Source of the DNA: Eledone cirrhosa
Lineage: Eukaryota
NCBI GenBank assembly: GCA_964016885.1
Contig: OZ024744.1
Span: 80,538,001 to 80,602,000, forward strand
Direction: 5' to 3'
DNA length: 64,000 nt
Shown: positions 16,186 to 30,900 of the stretch, piece by piece
Numbering within the stretch: position 1 is the first letter of the stretch
How the letters are laid out: the number at the start of each line of letters is the position of its first letter
Notes under the pieces: generated by a model
Seen by the model: the letters and a program-made list of their open reading frames with translations, nothing else
Database searches by the model: none
What the model was told of the DNA's origin: nothing
Program-made: the position numbers and the translations under genes

Positions 16186-16789
16186 TCTGGAAAGTATAAA
16201 AGTAAAACATTTAAATTATGACACCTCTCCACTCTCCACACTTCACAGCAAAAAAATATCAGGATAATTGTTACAGTTCAAATTATTGTTGAAGGTCAAG
16301 ATCAAAGTGTGATACATGCAAAAACACACGCACGCACCCCTTCTCCACAAGTTATTTCTATAATATAGATCTATAATCTAAATGAAATACTATAAACAAG
16401 CAGAGTGAAGCTATGATTTTATATAGAATAAATAAGTCAAATAATTCTCATTGTTTTCTGCTAATCAGACCCCCACTCCTCACCCCCAAAAAACTCCACT
16501 ACGTATAAGAAGGATGCTTTATTTGTTAATCTTCTGGATGCTCCAGGCGCATTAAGTCGCTGATAGAGTAATCTCCCCCCAATACATAATGCAGTGTCAA
16601 GGGAAGTAATTCATGAACATTTCTAGCGAACTAAAGATTAAATAACTTGAAAAGGAAATTTAAAACATTAATTAGAAGATTAATAAATGTGAAGAATATA
16701 GTGACAAAACATTATCTCCAAATTTAGAAAAGATATCACTATTTTTTTTATGAAATTGATTACTTAACATTCTGCAATACCTTGACAGA

Positions 16790-17310
16790 AAACATATAAA
16801 AACAGGTTGGTTAATTCAAATGTTTATAGTACCTTTACTAGTAGATAGATCGTTATGAGAATTTGTGGTATTTTCTGGTAATAATTTAGTAGAAAACATC
16901 TGAAAACAGATTTGTTAATTGAAATATTTATAGTATCTTTACTGCTGGACAGATTGTTGTTATTATTTGTAATATTATCTCTTAACAAACCTGTTTTTAG
17001 ATATTTTCTACTAAATCATTACAAGATGTTAATTCAAATGTTTATACTATATTTAATGCTGGACAGATTGTTGTAAGAATTTGCAGTATTATCTCTTAAC
17101 GTCCTGAAATGATTTAGTAGAAAACACATGGAAAATAGGTTTGTTAATTCAAATATCTATAGTATTTTTACTACTGGACAAACCATTGTGAAAACTGACA
17201 GCATTATCTCTTAACATTTTATAATTATTTAACAAAAATATTCTAAATATAAGTTTATTAATTGAAATGTTTAAAGTATCTTTACTTATAATGACCAGAT
17301 GGTTGTGAAA
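16790..17310. repeat. Diverged ~110-nt tandem satellite (about 5 units) with one internally inverted segment
   Basis: recurring ttgttaattcaaatgtttatagtatctttact...gacagattg; 16984-17030 is reverse-complementary to a unit. Confidence 0.7.
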
Positions 17311-17626
17311 AAAAAAAATAATAATAACTGAAGTATGAGAGTGAAGAATTTAATTTTTATGTGATAAAGTCCTACTGCAATTTTGTGCTTTTCAAGAATT
17401 TATTATTAACTCTTTTGAAACTGATCCAACCAGGCATTGGTTTTATGAAACATAACCACTAATTTTAAATGGTTCCTATTATTTAAATTAAAATCTTCCA
17501 ACATAATTTCTTTTATAAGAACCATCTTGAACATAGTGTACATCAAGCTGCATACAGCATCAAATGAAGCTAGACATTTCTTTAAACTATCAACTTGTTT
17601 ACCAATTACAGCCTCTTAGCTATATA

Positions 17627-18220
17627 TTAACCCTCTCATTGCCATATTTCTAATGAATGGTTTGCAAATAATTTTGAAAATATTTAACAATTTGGAGAGA
17701 TTTAGTAATATAATTAACTTTCCTATTATTAACCCATTAACATTTACATTATTCTATATTTATTATTATATTTTCATGGTAAAGGATTTACCTCACATAA
17801 TTATCTCATAATATCGAATCTATAATGCTATTTATTTTGAGAACAATACCTTAACATGAGTATGAGTGGCCAGTTTGAACAGAAAGAGATGAGAGAATTC
17901 TGGCCTGATTCAGCCAGATTAAATGCTAAAGGGTTAAGCTGGTGCTTGGAACAAAAATATTACAATGGAAGGGTTTTAAATATCATCAGTTCAACTTATT
18001 TGTTACCATATTTCTAATGAAAGACATCGGGAATTTGGAGAGATTTAGTAATATAACTAACTTTCTCATTATTAAGTTGGTGTTTGGAACATAACTTAAC
18101 ATAAAGGTTCTTACACAAAATTATGATGGAAGGTTTTTAGATAAATATAAACACTTTAAAACAAACACTTTTTGTTTGTTTTATAGAATCTGAGGTGGTT
18201 TCACGTGGTTTAGTATTGCA
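17627..18220 (+). repeat. Second, older TTAA/CCC-type dispersed repeat; copies near 11400, 28212, 40770, 41828, 45930
   Basis: shared tttggagagatttagtaa...aactttc...ttaagttggtgtttggaac...gatggaagg core. Confidence 0.7.
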
Positions 18221-18789
18221 ACAATCATCGGTTTAGTTAGAAGACCTGTCTCGTGAACAACAGTGACTTCGCAGATGATTGACTATTAATTTGGCAATGG
18301 GGTTGGCACAACTGTTCCAGTTAGCAGAGGAATCTATGAGTATGCAGGTGTCGCGAACTGCGTATACTCCAGCCATTAGAAAAAAAAAAAATGAATGCTT
18401 CACCTTTGATGGAGGGTTGACTCAAAACCAAGAAGAGGTATTATTGAAAGGATTAAGAAGCTGAGCAAACAATTACCACCAGTAACTTGTATTTTCTCTT
18501 CAATAAGTAATCTAAAGTGCTAAATGACTCACTAATTAATTGATATTAAGTCATGCAGCAGCACACACACTTCATCATGCATAACATATAACTGTAAAGT
18601 AATGAAAGATATAATTAACCAAACAAAAAGGATCAGTAAAAATAGAAAAAAAAAAAAAAAAAAAAAAAAAAATCAATTAATAATTAGCAATTTGATTTGT
18701 TAATAAAAATAATTGTTTCATTAGAATAGTCATGCAAATTGGTTCAGGTTAGTATTTTAGAATTTAACAGAATGGTAAACAATCTTTGG

Positions 18790-19280
18790 TAATGACTGAA
18801 AGAATATGATTGCAAATACAAGTGGCTGAAATGGGGTCCCTCTGAAGGGTCTTTGGAGTAATGTTACTCAATAGAATGTGTAGCTTGGACATCTGAGAGT
18901 CACTCCAGGTAGAGCCACAACTTCTTCGAATTGAGAGATCACAGCTCCGATACTATGGTTAGAATGTGGTTATAATGTCTCAGGAAAGAATCGCTGGAGA
19001 GATTTTATGGGCAAAATCAACCGGCAAGAGACCCAGGGGAAGACTCAGAGTAAGATGGTTGGATAACATGCACGAAGCTTTGGCCTCACTTGGGGATCCA
19101 GTCAAATCAGTTGAAGATGGTTGCTTCTGACAGGACCCACTGGAAGGAGTGTTTGAGGACTCTTCCCCCACGACCTTCTCAGGAATAAGTGGGTGAAGAA
19201 GAAGAATGAGACGATGAAGAAGAATGAGACAATGAAGAAAAAGAAAAAGAAGAAAAAGAAAAAGAAGAAAAAGAAAAAAA
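18790..19280 (+). mobile_element. RTE (Expander/Rex3-like) 3' fragment with GAA-rich tail; relatives at 26430-26660(-), 27010-27432(+), 42020-42250(+)
   Basis: shared ...ggacccactggaaggag...aggaataagtgggtgaagaagaa end; YGxESWVMTER remnant at 42059-42256. Confidence 0.7.
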
Positions 19281-20067
19281 AGGTTAGTTTGTTACCCCCC
19301 ACTCCCACCTATGATGCTGAGTACTTTTAGTACACCTTTGTGGATATACCACACCCTCCCATCCCTTCCACTCTCTCACTCAATCATACTCTGTTACTCA
19401 CCTCTCCCTTTCCATCTCACACATCCCACTCACTTCACCCTCTTATTCCCCCCCCCCCCCCGTGTCTCTCACCATGCCCGCTCTTTCTCAATCATTCGCT
19501 CCCCCTCCCCTCTTTCTCTCACTTAACTCTCAGCTCATTTCACTTACCTACCCCTCTAACCTCCTCTCTTGCTTGCTCAACCCTGTGTTCTGTTTTGAAG
19601 GGTTTTAACTTAGCATTCACATTACACTATATTTAATATTGTATTTTCATGGTAAAGGATTTATCTCACGTAACTATCTCACATACTATCTCATCTATGA
19701 GATTCTGATATTATTTATTTAGAGAACCAGACCTTAGCATCAGTAAGAGCAGCCGGTTTCACCAGAAAGAGATGAGAGAATTCTGGCCAGATACAGCCAG
19801 TTTAAATGTTAAAAGGTTAATCTGAGGAGAAAAACCATCTGAAGCATAGTTCTGTAGCAACAGAGTTGGTTGAAAAACAGGGGTTAAAAAAATATTAATA
19901 ATAAATAAATGAATACGAAAGATGAAACAAAAAAAGAGAGAGAGAATAAAACAGGATATACACAAAAAATAAAATAATGTTGTAAAATAAGCATAACAAA
20001 AACAAACAAAAAAAAAAAACACAAGAGAAATGAACTATATGACGTGAGTGCAATATTGAATGGCATT

Positions 20068-20174
20068 TCATGCAAATAAATGGGTCATATTTTTCACCTC
20101 GGTATCAGTTATTTTAGTAACCATGGCCGAGCAACGACCCTGGCGCCTGGATCTTGAAAGTAATGATGGTCTCT
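20068..20174 (-). CDS. DIAPH: Putative proximal terminal exon: (E)RPSLLSRSRRQGRCSAMVTKITDTEVKNMTHLFA*
   Basis: ttttcccctgttag acceptor; phase-1 join to the DAD exon is open to TGA; LSRSR motif typical of Dia tails; unique T-rich UTR-like sequence follows. Confidence 0.7.
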
Positions 20175-20657
20175 CTAACAGGGGAAAATTGGAAATAAAT
20201 ATAAAAATTATATTATAAAAAAAAAATATAAAATAAATATTTAAAAGTACATAAATACACACAGACACACACATATAATATGACTATACACACACATACA
20301 TAAGCCTTGGGTGAATTGATTCATATATATATATATATTATATATATATAATATATATATATTATATATATATAATATATATATATTATATATATATAAT
20401 ATATATATATTATATATATATAATATATATATATTATATACATATAATTGCTTCTACTTTTGGCACAAGGCCAGCAATTACTCAGTACATTACTGGTACT
20501 TTATTTTATCAACCCCGTAAGGATGAAAGGTAAAGTTAACCTCAACGGAATTTGAACCCAGACCGTAAAGGGATGATACTCTATGCTGGAAAGCATGGCG
20601 TCCAAACCTTTACCAAAACTGCCAATTCAAGTATTATATATATAAATATATATATAT

Positions 20658-21342
20658 ATATTGTTATACTTTGGGAGGGTCATGTTGCCAATAAGAAACA
20701 CACGCACCAGTTGCTTCCACTTCAATTTATTATAAATTAAATTTATAAATTTCCGGTTGGCTGGTTGGTTCCACAACCAGACGATTGTTCATATATTGTC
20801 AAAGTTCTTTCGTCACACATTCTGTGACCTCTTCAGTGACTGGGGATTCTTTTCTTTGTTTTTGTGTCTCTCCTTTGTTCTATCCTACGCCATCTTGTTT
20901 TTGTGTGTGTTGTATGCTTAGTTTGCGCATGTGTTACATCCGGATGTCTGTGTGTGTTTATATTTGTTTATTTACATGTTACTGGTTGGTTGTTTGTTCT
21001 ATGTGTGTGTTTTCATTTTGTCCTTAATTGTAAGTTGTGATGTTGCTATTCCATTCATGTTTTCTATTTAATTTTGGTTGGAGTTCATTTATGTTTATTG
21101 CCTCTGTGATTTGTCTAAACATTGCGTCTTTTCTGTGTGTAGATTCTATTTTTATTTCTATGTTCTCTAATTTACCCTTATGTGTGACGAAAGAATTTTG
21201 ACAATATATGAACAATCGTCTGGTTGTGGCACCAACCAACCAACCGGAAATTTATAAATTTAATTTATAATAAATTGAAGTGAAAGCAACTGGTGCGTGT
21301 GTTTCTTATTGGCAACATGACCCTCCCAAAGCATAACAATAT
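20658..21342 (-). mobile_element. 5'-truncated Penelope-like element with inverted partial pseudo-LTR
   Basis: ~160-bp inverted arms (20658-20819 / 21181-21342); GIY-YIG C-terminal remnant RQITEAININELQPKLN (21024-21180); hammerhead core in the LTR. Confidence 0.85.
20798..20840 (-). ncRNA. Minimal type I hammerhead ribozyme
   Basis: GTCA-CTGAAGA-G-GTCACA(gaatg)TGTGAC-GAAA-GAAC-TT^TGAC. Confidence 0.72.
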
Positions 21343-21407
21343 CGGTTTCAACACACGTTTTCAGATAAAGAATCTTGCTAAACAAATTCAGAAACGAAAT
21401 ATATATA

Positions 21408-21750
21408 TACAATATATTAATAAATGGAAACTATATTTATAAAACCATATTTATTTCATTATACATATTTCAAGGACACTAAAGCAAATTATGGTGCGCT
21501 TTCATCAGATAAAACATAATATAGATCAGTTTTATAAACAAGTATTGACATACCCTTAAAAGAATGAGACCATGTCTGTTGGAAGCTGTCGCATTCTTTT
21601 AAGGGTATGTCAATACTTGTTTATAAAACTGATCTATATTATATTTTATCTGATGAAAGCGCACCATAATTTGCTTTGGTGTCCTTGAAATATGTATAAT
21701 GAAATAAATATGGTTTTATAAATATAGTTTCCATTTATTAATATATTGTA
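21408..21750. repeat. Near-perfect 163-bp-arm palindrome (17-nt loop), hammerhead-like core in each arm
   Basis: arms 21408-21570 and 21588-21750, about 3 mismatches; CTGATGA...GAAA-TATG-TA at 21646-21699(+) and 21459-21512(-); related single copy at 43148-43280. Confidence 0.88.
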
Positions 21751-21829
21751 TTTTTACTCCAAAAATTTGTTGAGTGCTTTATACCAGTTATAAAAATATT
21801 TGCTTGTTGTATCCCAACAAATTAAATAT

Positions 21830-21867
<38 letters not shown>

Positions 21868-21964
21868 ATGATTCACTCACACAAAACTGATTTTGGCTTG
21901 GTTTCTACAGGTTCGATGCCCTTCCTAACACAAACCACTTTACAGTGCGAGATGAGTGATGATG

Positions 21965-22029
<65 letters not shown>

Positions 22030-22093
22030 CATAATATATATTATATATATATATATAATATACATAATACATAATATATATATATATATATAT

Positions 22094-22282
22094 AATTGTT
22101 TCTACTCTTGGCACAAGGCCAGCAATTACCCAGTGCATTACTGGTACTTTATTTTATCGACCCCGTAAGGATGAAAGGCAAAGTTAACCTCGGCGGGATT
22201 TGAACTCAGAATGGCAAGGGCCGTAACTCTATACGTCAAAGCATGGCGTCCGACCCTCTACCGATACTGCCAATCCACCGCC
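22094..22282 (-). mobile_element. tRNA-like SINE family B (~190 nt); copies at 20446, 24123(+), 30651, 31110, 41381, 47900, 50223, 57700, 59565; old copies at 37247, 41575, 45070
   Basis: tggcagtatcggtagag A-box region, gagttcaaatccc B box, common 3' end gctggccttgtgccaaaagtagaaacaat. Confidence 0.88.
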
Positions 22283-22805
<523 letters not shown>

Positions 22806-22816
22806 TAGATATTGAA

Positions 22817-23039
22817 GGCGTGTGGCTGAGTGGTTAGATAACTGGATTCGCAATCGTGAGGTTGTGAGTTCAATTCCTGGACCGGGCGATGCGTTATGTC
22901 CTTGAGCAAGACATTTTATTTCACGTTGCTCCTTCTACCTGGAGTTGCGACCGATAGATAGTATTAGCAATTGGAAAGACCAACGGAAACATTGTTTCCT
23001 CGGTCCGATTTGATGAAAGTCGATCGTTCCTTCGTTCCT
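22817..23039 (+). mobile_element. tRNA-derived SINE family C; second copy at 51711-51925
   Basis: tggctgagtgg A box, gagttc(a/g)attcc B box; two near-identical copies, both inside (TA)n. Confidence 0.85.
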
Positions 23040-23558
23040 CTTATATAGATATAAATAATATATATATATATACACTATATATATATAGATATAGATAATA
23101 TATATATAATATATATATACAATATATATAAAGATATCGATAATATATATATATATTATATATACATATATTATATATATTTATATATATATACATATAT
23201 ATATATGTATATATATATATATACACAATATATATATGTATACAATATGTATATATATATATATATATATATAAAATCAAGTTAGGAAAAAAAAAAAGAA
23301 AAAAAAGGACAGTAACTCAATGAAAAGAAGCAAGAATGCAATTGAAGATATAAAGCAACATTTCTGATCAATAATATAAGTTGTAAAGAAATACATTATT
23401 AATTAATTAGCTATTGCTGTTAAAATATGAATAATATATTACTTTATTCTTTAACTGATTTTAGTTAATAGACTGTGGCTTAGCTGGGGCACTGGATTGA
23501 AGGGATTTAGTGGCTCATACCAACCTTTCATTTTGTTTTGTTGAACTGTTAAGTTACA

Positions 23559-23850
23559 GGAGGCACATGGCCTAGTGGTAAGGGTGTTGGACTAACAACC
23601 ATAACATCATGGGTTTGATTCTTGGACTGGGTTTTGGTGGTGTTGTGTTCTTGAGCAAAACACTTCATTTCACATTGCTCCAGTTCACTTGTCTTTAAAT
23701 GTGCACCAGTAATAGCCGGGGCTTTAACTCTGCGATGGACTGGCGTCCTGTCCAAGGGGAAAGTATTGTACTCTCAGTCGCTTAACGCCATGGAAACTTG
23801 GGATAAGGACCAGTCTGATGAGCCTCTGAATTCGAGACAGACTTTAGACT
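23559..23850 (+). mobile_element. Older tRNA-SINE; relatives at 31320-31450, 40480-40765 and 47120-47482 (-)
   Basis: tRNA head plus ccttgagcaa core and gcgatggactggcgtcctgtcca domain. Confidence 0.75.
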
Positions 23851-26260
23851 CAGTTACAGGACAGGAACAAACACAGATGTGAATGCACGCACACACAATT
23901 ACCATCATCATCAACATTATCATCCTTTTAATATTTGTTTTTCTGTGATTGTATGTGTTAGACGGATCTTTTCCAGTACAGCTTGCTTTATGACTCATTA
24001 GATGATAAAAAGTAGATTCTCAAGATGTCCGTGAAATATATAAATATACACCAGGTCAGAATACAAAAGAACCAAACTTCCACCGTCACTGCCTCCGTCT
24101 CTCCTGATCTTTCTATCTCTCATGGCAGTATCGGTAGAGGGTCGGACGCCATGCTTTCCAGCATAGTTACGTCCCTTTACGATCCGAGTTCAAATCCCGC
24201 CGAGGTTGACTTTGTCTTTCATCCTTACGGGGTCGATAAAATAAAGTACCAGTAATGCACTGGGTAATTGCTGGCCTTGTGCCTAAGTAGAAACAAATGG
24301 GGGCCCATGTGTTGGCTGCCCCACGGCCCCAGCGGACAGGATAGAGAAGGTGTTTCCTCGGGGCATGGTGAGGGAGATGAGCTGAAAGCGCCATTCCAGC
24401 TCATGAGGCTCCTACTTGTGAGGGGCCAACACTGTGCTGATGGTGGTGAGTGCAGAGGTGGCCCTAGGGCCAAGGACACCAGAAGTCTCCACTGCCACTG
24501 GCTCGAACACAAACCTGTTGGAGAGCGAATTCCATACACTTGCTGTGTTCCTTCGTCATCTCCTCTGACAGGTCCAGTGTTTTGAGATCTGCTCTCATCA
24601 CTTCTGCCCAGGTTTTCCTCAACTGAAGCGCCGTTCCATTGAAAATGCCAGGCATATTTTCACTCATCAATTATCATCCATATTCATCACACGTCCATAC
24701 CAGTGCACTCTTCCCTCTTGCACACTACATTAGATTCCACTGATACCTAGTGTTTCTCTTAGCCATCTTGATGTTAACCAATCTGTTCATTGAAGTCACT
24801 AGCCAGGATGACATCTCTCTATCATCTGTTATTGAATTCATTTGCATGAGGTCCTCAATAGAAATGGCCCCTTTGCTGTTTACTGAGTCCTGAGTCAACC
24901 CAAGGCTATGATGATATGTGGTGGGATCAAACTCGAGACCTAATGATTGCAAAGTGAATTTCTTAACCATTTGGCTATGATGATGTAAATCATCATCATC
25001 ACCATTTAACTTCTTTTAACTTCCTTTTTTATCACACTAATAAACAAGTTGTTCCACTGTGAGATAAAGCCAGGTCAGATGACTGTATTTTAATGAATAA
25101 TAATGAATATATTGTGTACAGTGCTCAGGTGCACTACAACTCATCAAAAAGTGTATGTATTGTACATAGGGTAATGTACAAATGTCAGGAAAATGAACAG
25201 TGCATGAGTCATGATATACACATGTGTGCATGTGTATGGAAGGGGTGCTCATACAGAACTGATTTTGGCTTGGTTTCTATGACAATGTCCTTAACGCTTT
25301 TTGTCATGTTACCTACATGACCACTTTACAGTGTGTACTGGGTGCTTTTTGTCGTGTCACCTACACAATCACGTTACAGAGTGTACTGGGTGCTTTTTGT
25401 TGTGTCACCGGAATGACCACTTTACAATGTGTACTGGGTGTTTTATATCTCTGATATAAATACAATATTGTACTTTACAGAAAGTATAAAGACCAGTTTT
25501 TGAGGCCTTATATAACCTATAGAGTCTACTTTTCTATGTTAAATTCCTAATTAAATATTCTTTTTTTTTTTTTAATAAGTTTATTCTTTTACTGTTTTCA
25601 GCTTTTCAGTCTGTGGCCATACAGAAGCACTGCTTTGAAGGAATTTAGTTGCCCATATTCCCACTAGTACTCTTTTTTTTTAAATTTAGAGTTCAATTTG
25701 TGAAACTACTAAGTTACAGGACATAAACACAGAAACACACACATATATCGTGATTGTGTAGGTGACACAACAAAAAGCACTCTGCCCACATAGTAAAGTG
25801 GTCATGTAGGAGTCACAGCAAAAAGCACCCAGTCCACACTGTAAAGTGGTTGGTGTTAGGAAGGGCATCTAGCTGTAGAACTCTAACCAGAAATAGTTCT
25901 ATATGAGCAGGATATGCTCACCTAACCAATCTTCCTCAAATGAAACAACCCATCTAACCCATGCTAGCGTAGAAGGTGAATGTTAAATGAGGACGATGAT
26001 GATACAAGGTGTTGGTGTTGGTTATCCCAAGGCTATAGCAGGAGACACTCCTCACTCAAGGTGCCCCTCACAGTGAAACTGAACCTAAAAACCACAAGGG
26101 TTGCCAAGAAACTTTTCAATCATATTCCAATATTAATTTGTTTTTAAAGAACGAAAAAAATTTTTTTTTAAATAGAAAAGAAAAGTCAATAAAAAAAATA
26201 TAATATAAACATTAATTAACCAATTACACATATTAAGAAATAAAACAAAAACCAAATTAC

Positions 26261-26371
26261 CTCCTCGTTGACCTCGTCGTTTTCCTTCTCTCTTTTCCCG
26301 ATTCATGTTAAAGGCTGATCCACTAGTCAGGGCTTCCAACAGATTGTCAACAACACCATGATTTTGTTCAT
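26261..26371 (-). CDS. DIAPH: Diaphanous formin DAD exon: (D)EQNHGVVDNLLEALTSGSAFNMNREKREGKRRGQRG
   Basis: tcag/gtaatt, 111 nt, phase 1-1; DAD core xDxLLEALxSGxAF plus basic region. Confidence 0.96.
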
Positions 26372-27971
26372 CTGAAAGAAATATATAGACACTTTTATAA
26401 CAGGTAGTCAATTGACAGAGTTCTTGTTAAAACATCATCATCTTTACCCACATATTCCTGAGAGGGTCGTGGGGACAGAGTCCTTAAACAGTCCTTCCAG
26501 TGGGTACTGTCAGAAGCAACTGTCTCCAACAGATCCAGCTGGATCCCTAACCAGACCAGCCAAACTCATAGATGTTATCCAACCATCTTGCTCAAGTTCA
26601 ACTCCTGGGTTTCTTGCCAGTTGGTTTTGCCTGTAAAATCTGTCCAGCGATTCTTTCTTGAGACATTTTTTTGTTAAGGCATGCCTCTGTAATTTTTCTG
26701 GCCATTTTTCCTGCTAAAGCAAGTTTTAGCCTTGTGGGTCCCACAACATGCTTCATACTTATCATTAGGGTTGTCCATTTTTTTCTTTGAGGCAATGTTT
26801 TTTTTTTTTTATAGCTAGATACTCATCCCAAGGCCAAACCCTTTTAGTAGCTTCTTACAATATGCAGGGATAAAGTCTCAACTCTAATACTGCAAATTTT
26901 CCAGACAATCTAATCACTAGTAAAGATACTGCAAACATTTCAGGATCATCATCATCATCATCATCACTGTTTTACATATATTTCTCATGTAGTGAGGCTA
27001 GACAAGTCAGTTCGGTGTTCATGCCTACCCTTACTTATGGTCTAATGACAGAAAAAATATGATCGCGAATACAAGCAGATGAAATGGGCTTCCTCTGAAG
27101 GGCCTTTGGGGTAACATTACTAGGTAGGGTATGTAGCTTGGAGATCAGGGAGTTGCTCCAAGTAGAGCTACTACTCCTCTAAACTGAAAGATCATGAACA
27201 TGTGGTTAGAATGTCTAAAGAAAGAATTGCTGGACAGATTTTATGGTCAAAGCTAACAGGCAGGAGACCCTGAGGCAGACCACAAGTAAGATGATTGGAT
27301 AACTTCCATAAGCGCAGTTGGACTTGATTGGAGATCCAGCTGGATCATTTGGGGATAAGGCTCTTTGGAAGGCATGTCTGAGAACTCTGCTCTTGCAACC
27401 CATCCAGGAATAAGTGGGCGAAGAAGAAAAAGAAATATATTTAACCCTTTAGCATTTACATTACTCTATATTTACTATTACATTTTCACAGTAAAGGCTT
27501 TATCTCACATAATATTGAATCTATAAGATTTTGATATTTTTTATGTTGAGAACAATACCTTAATGTCAGTATGAGCAGGCAGTTACAGCTGGTTTGAACA
27601 GAAAGAGGTAAGAGAAATCTGGCTGGATAAAGCCATTATATTACTCGATATTTACTATTATATTTTCATGGTAAACACTTTATCTCACATTATTGCCTCT
27701 AATGAGGCAGACCCGTCTAACCCATGCTAGCTTGGAAAATAGATATTAAACGACGATGATGATGATGATGATGATAATGAATATCAAATTTACGAGATTT
27801 TGATATTTATTTTGAGAACATTATCATCATTTTACGTCCTGCTTATATGTATGAGCAGCCAGTTACGGCCAGTTTCAACAGAAAAAGGTGAAAGAATTCT
27901 GGCCAGATACGGCTGGTTTAAATGCTAAAGGGTTAAGAGAAGCCCCTCCACCCACAATTTCCAAAACAAAC

Positions 27972-28107
27972 CTGCGTTAACATCCATAAATTCTTTTTGT
28001 CGCTGCAACTTCTCATTTCTTTCTCGCTCTCGTGCTTCTTTAGCTTTTTTAGCCCGTTCTATATTTTCAAGTGTTTCCTTTTGTTGAATGTTTTCTTTCA
28101 AAGCTTG
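27972..28107 (-). CDS. DIAPH: Diaphanous formin exon (FH2 end, coiled coil): QALKENIQQKETLE...EFMDVNA
   Basis: acag/gtttgt, 136 nt, phase 0-1; equivalent to Dia QAxKEN...IDMNA. Confidence 0.95.
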
Positions 28108-28406
28108 CTGTAAAGTTTAAAAAGTTTAAAATGAGAAGAAAAAAAAACAAAAAACAAAATAAAGAACACGAAAATGAAACAATACTATATATATATATAT
28201 ATATATAGCTTAACCATTTTGTGACCATATTTCTAAAGAAATACACCCTATTTTAATTAATTATTGAAGAATTTGGAGTGATTTATTAACATTTTTCAAT
28301 ACATTATGACTAAAACTAAGATAAGTAACTTAACATGTATATATATATATAATAAAATAAAATAAAACAAGGACGAGTGGTTACTCTTTCATTACGTTTA
28401 TTGGTT

Positions 28407-28491
28407 GGTGACGCGCGTTTCACCACTGATCAGCTCAAGGTTCGATCTGTATTGATCGAGCCCGACTCTATAATCCACAGCTCATCAGACC
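28407..28491 (-). ncRNA. Type I hammerhead ribozyme with extended stem II and palindromic stem III
   Basis: GGT-CTGATGA-[long stem II incl. TCGATC/GATCGA hairpin]-GAAA-CGCGCG-TC^ACC. Confidence 0.72.
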
Positions 28492-28517
28492 CTTTTAGCG
28501 GTAATGAAAAAAATGAT

Positions 28518-29766
<1,249 letters not shown>

Positions 29767-30154
29767 TTCTGCGATTCAGTCACATGAAAGTATGTGCGTA
29801 AAAGGAAGGGGACTGTGGGAGTGTATGTGTATTTGTGTAAATGTATATGTGTGTATGTTTGTGTAAATGTATGTCTGTGAGTGTGTCTCTGTTTGCACGT
29901 TTATATTTATATACTCATACATATAAATGTATGCATATGCACATGCACATACACATACTCACATGCATATACACATACGCGCCAGCATATGGAAAACAAT
30001 TCTAGTAAATATAAAATTATGTTGCAAGATATTAATTTAAATAAGTACCTATTAAAATAGGTGGTCTTCTTTCATAGAATCAGAGCCAGTTTTAGGTCGG
30101 GCTGGTATCGAATGGTTTAAATAGTCGTCTCAGCAGACTATATAGCCATAGAAA

Positions 30155-30433
30155 GTGAGAGAGAGAGGAGGTGGGGGTGGGAGGGGGGAGAGAGAGAGAG
30201 AGAGAGAGAGGAGGTGGGGGTGGGAGGGGAGAGAGAGAGAGAGAGAGAGAGAGCAATGAAAAATAATAGAGAGGGAAGGGCAAGACGGAAGGAAATAGAA
30301 AGAGTAAGACAAACGACAAAACAAGACAGAGTGAGACAAGAACAGAGTGTGATGAGAGAGAGTGAGACTAGAGAGAGAGAGAGGCAAGAGAGAGAGAGAG
30401 AGAGAGAGAGGCAAGAGAGAGAGCGGGAGAGAG

Positions 30434-30485
<52 letters not shown>

Positions 30486-30582
30486 AAGTAAGAAAAGACA
30501 GTGCGAGACATGACAGAGAGTGAAACAAGAAAGAGTAAGAAAAGAGAAAGTGTGAGAAATGAGAGAGAGAAAGAGAGAGAGG
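30155..30582. repeat. (GA)n microsatellite
   Basis: direct inspection. Confidence 0.95.
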
Positions 30583-30900
30583 GGTGGTAGGAGCCCTTAA
30601 CAAAATTCATAAAACAATGCATAAAAAATAATTGTTTCTACATTTGACAAGGCCAGCAATTATCCCAGTGCATTACTGGTACTTTTATTTTATCGACCCC
30701 GTCAGGAGGAAAGGCAAAGTCAACCTCGGCGGGATTTGAACTCAGATTGTAAAGGGACGTAACTATGCTAGAGAGCATGGCGTCCGACCCTTTACCGATA
30801 CTGCCAATCCACCGCCTTTTAAGAAATAATAATACTGTGACAGTGATGAATTTGTTTTGCAAGGTTTTTGATATGAAATCATGTGTTGAAACAAATATTG

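Noticed and set aside
23790-23845. CTGATGAG motif resembling a hammerhead core
   Set aside because: Part of a SINE 3' tail; no downstream GAAA/stem III/UH in the required geometry
25315-25445. Regularly spaced ~45-nt repeats (also 2950-3075, 7790-8030, 58836-59104) suggestive of CRISPR
   Set aside because: Eukaryotic context; tandem units of LINE/SINE 3' regions with no unique spacers and no cas genes
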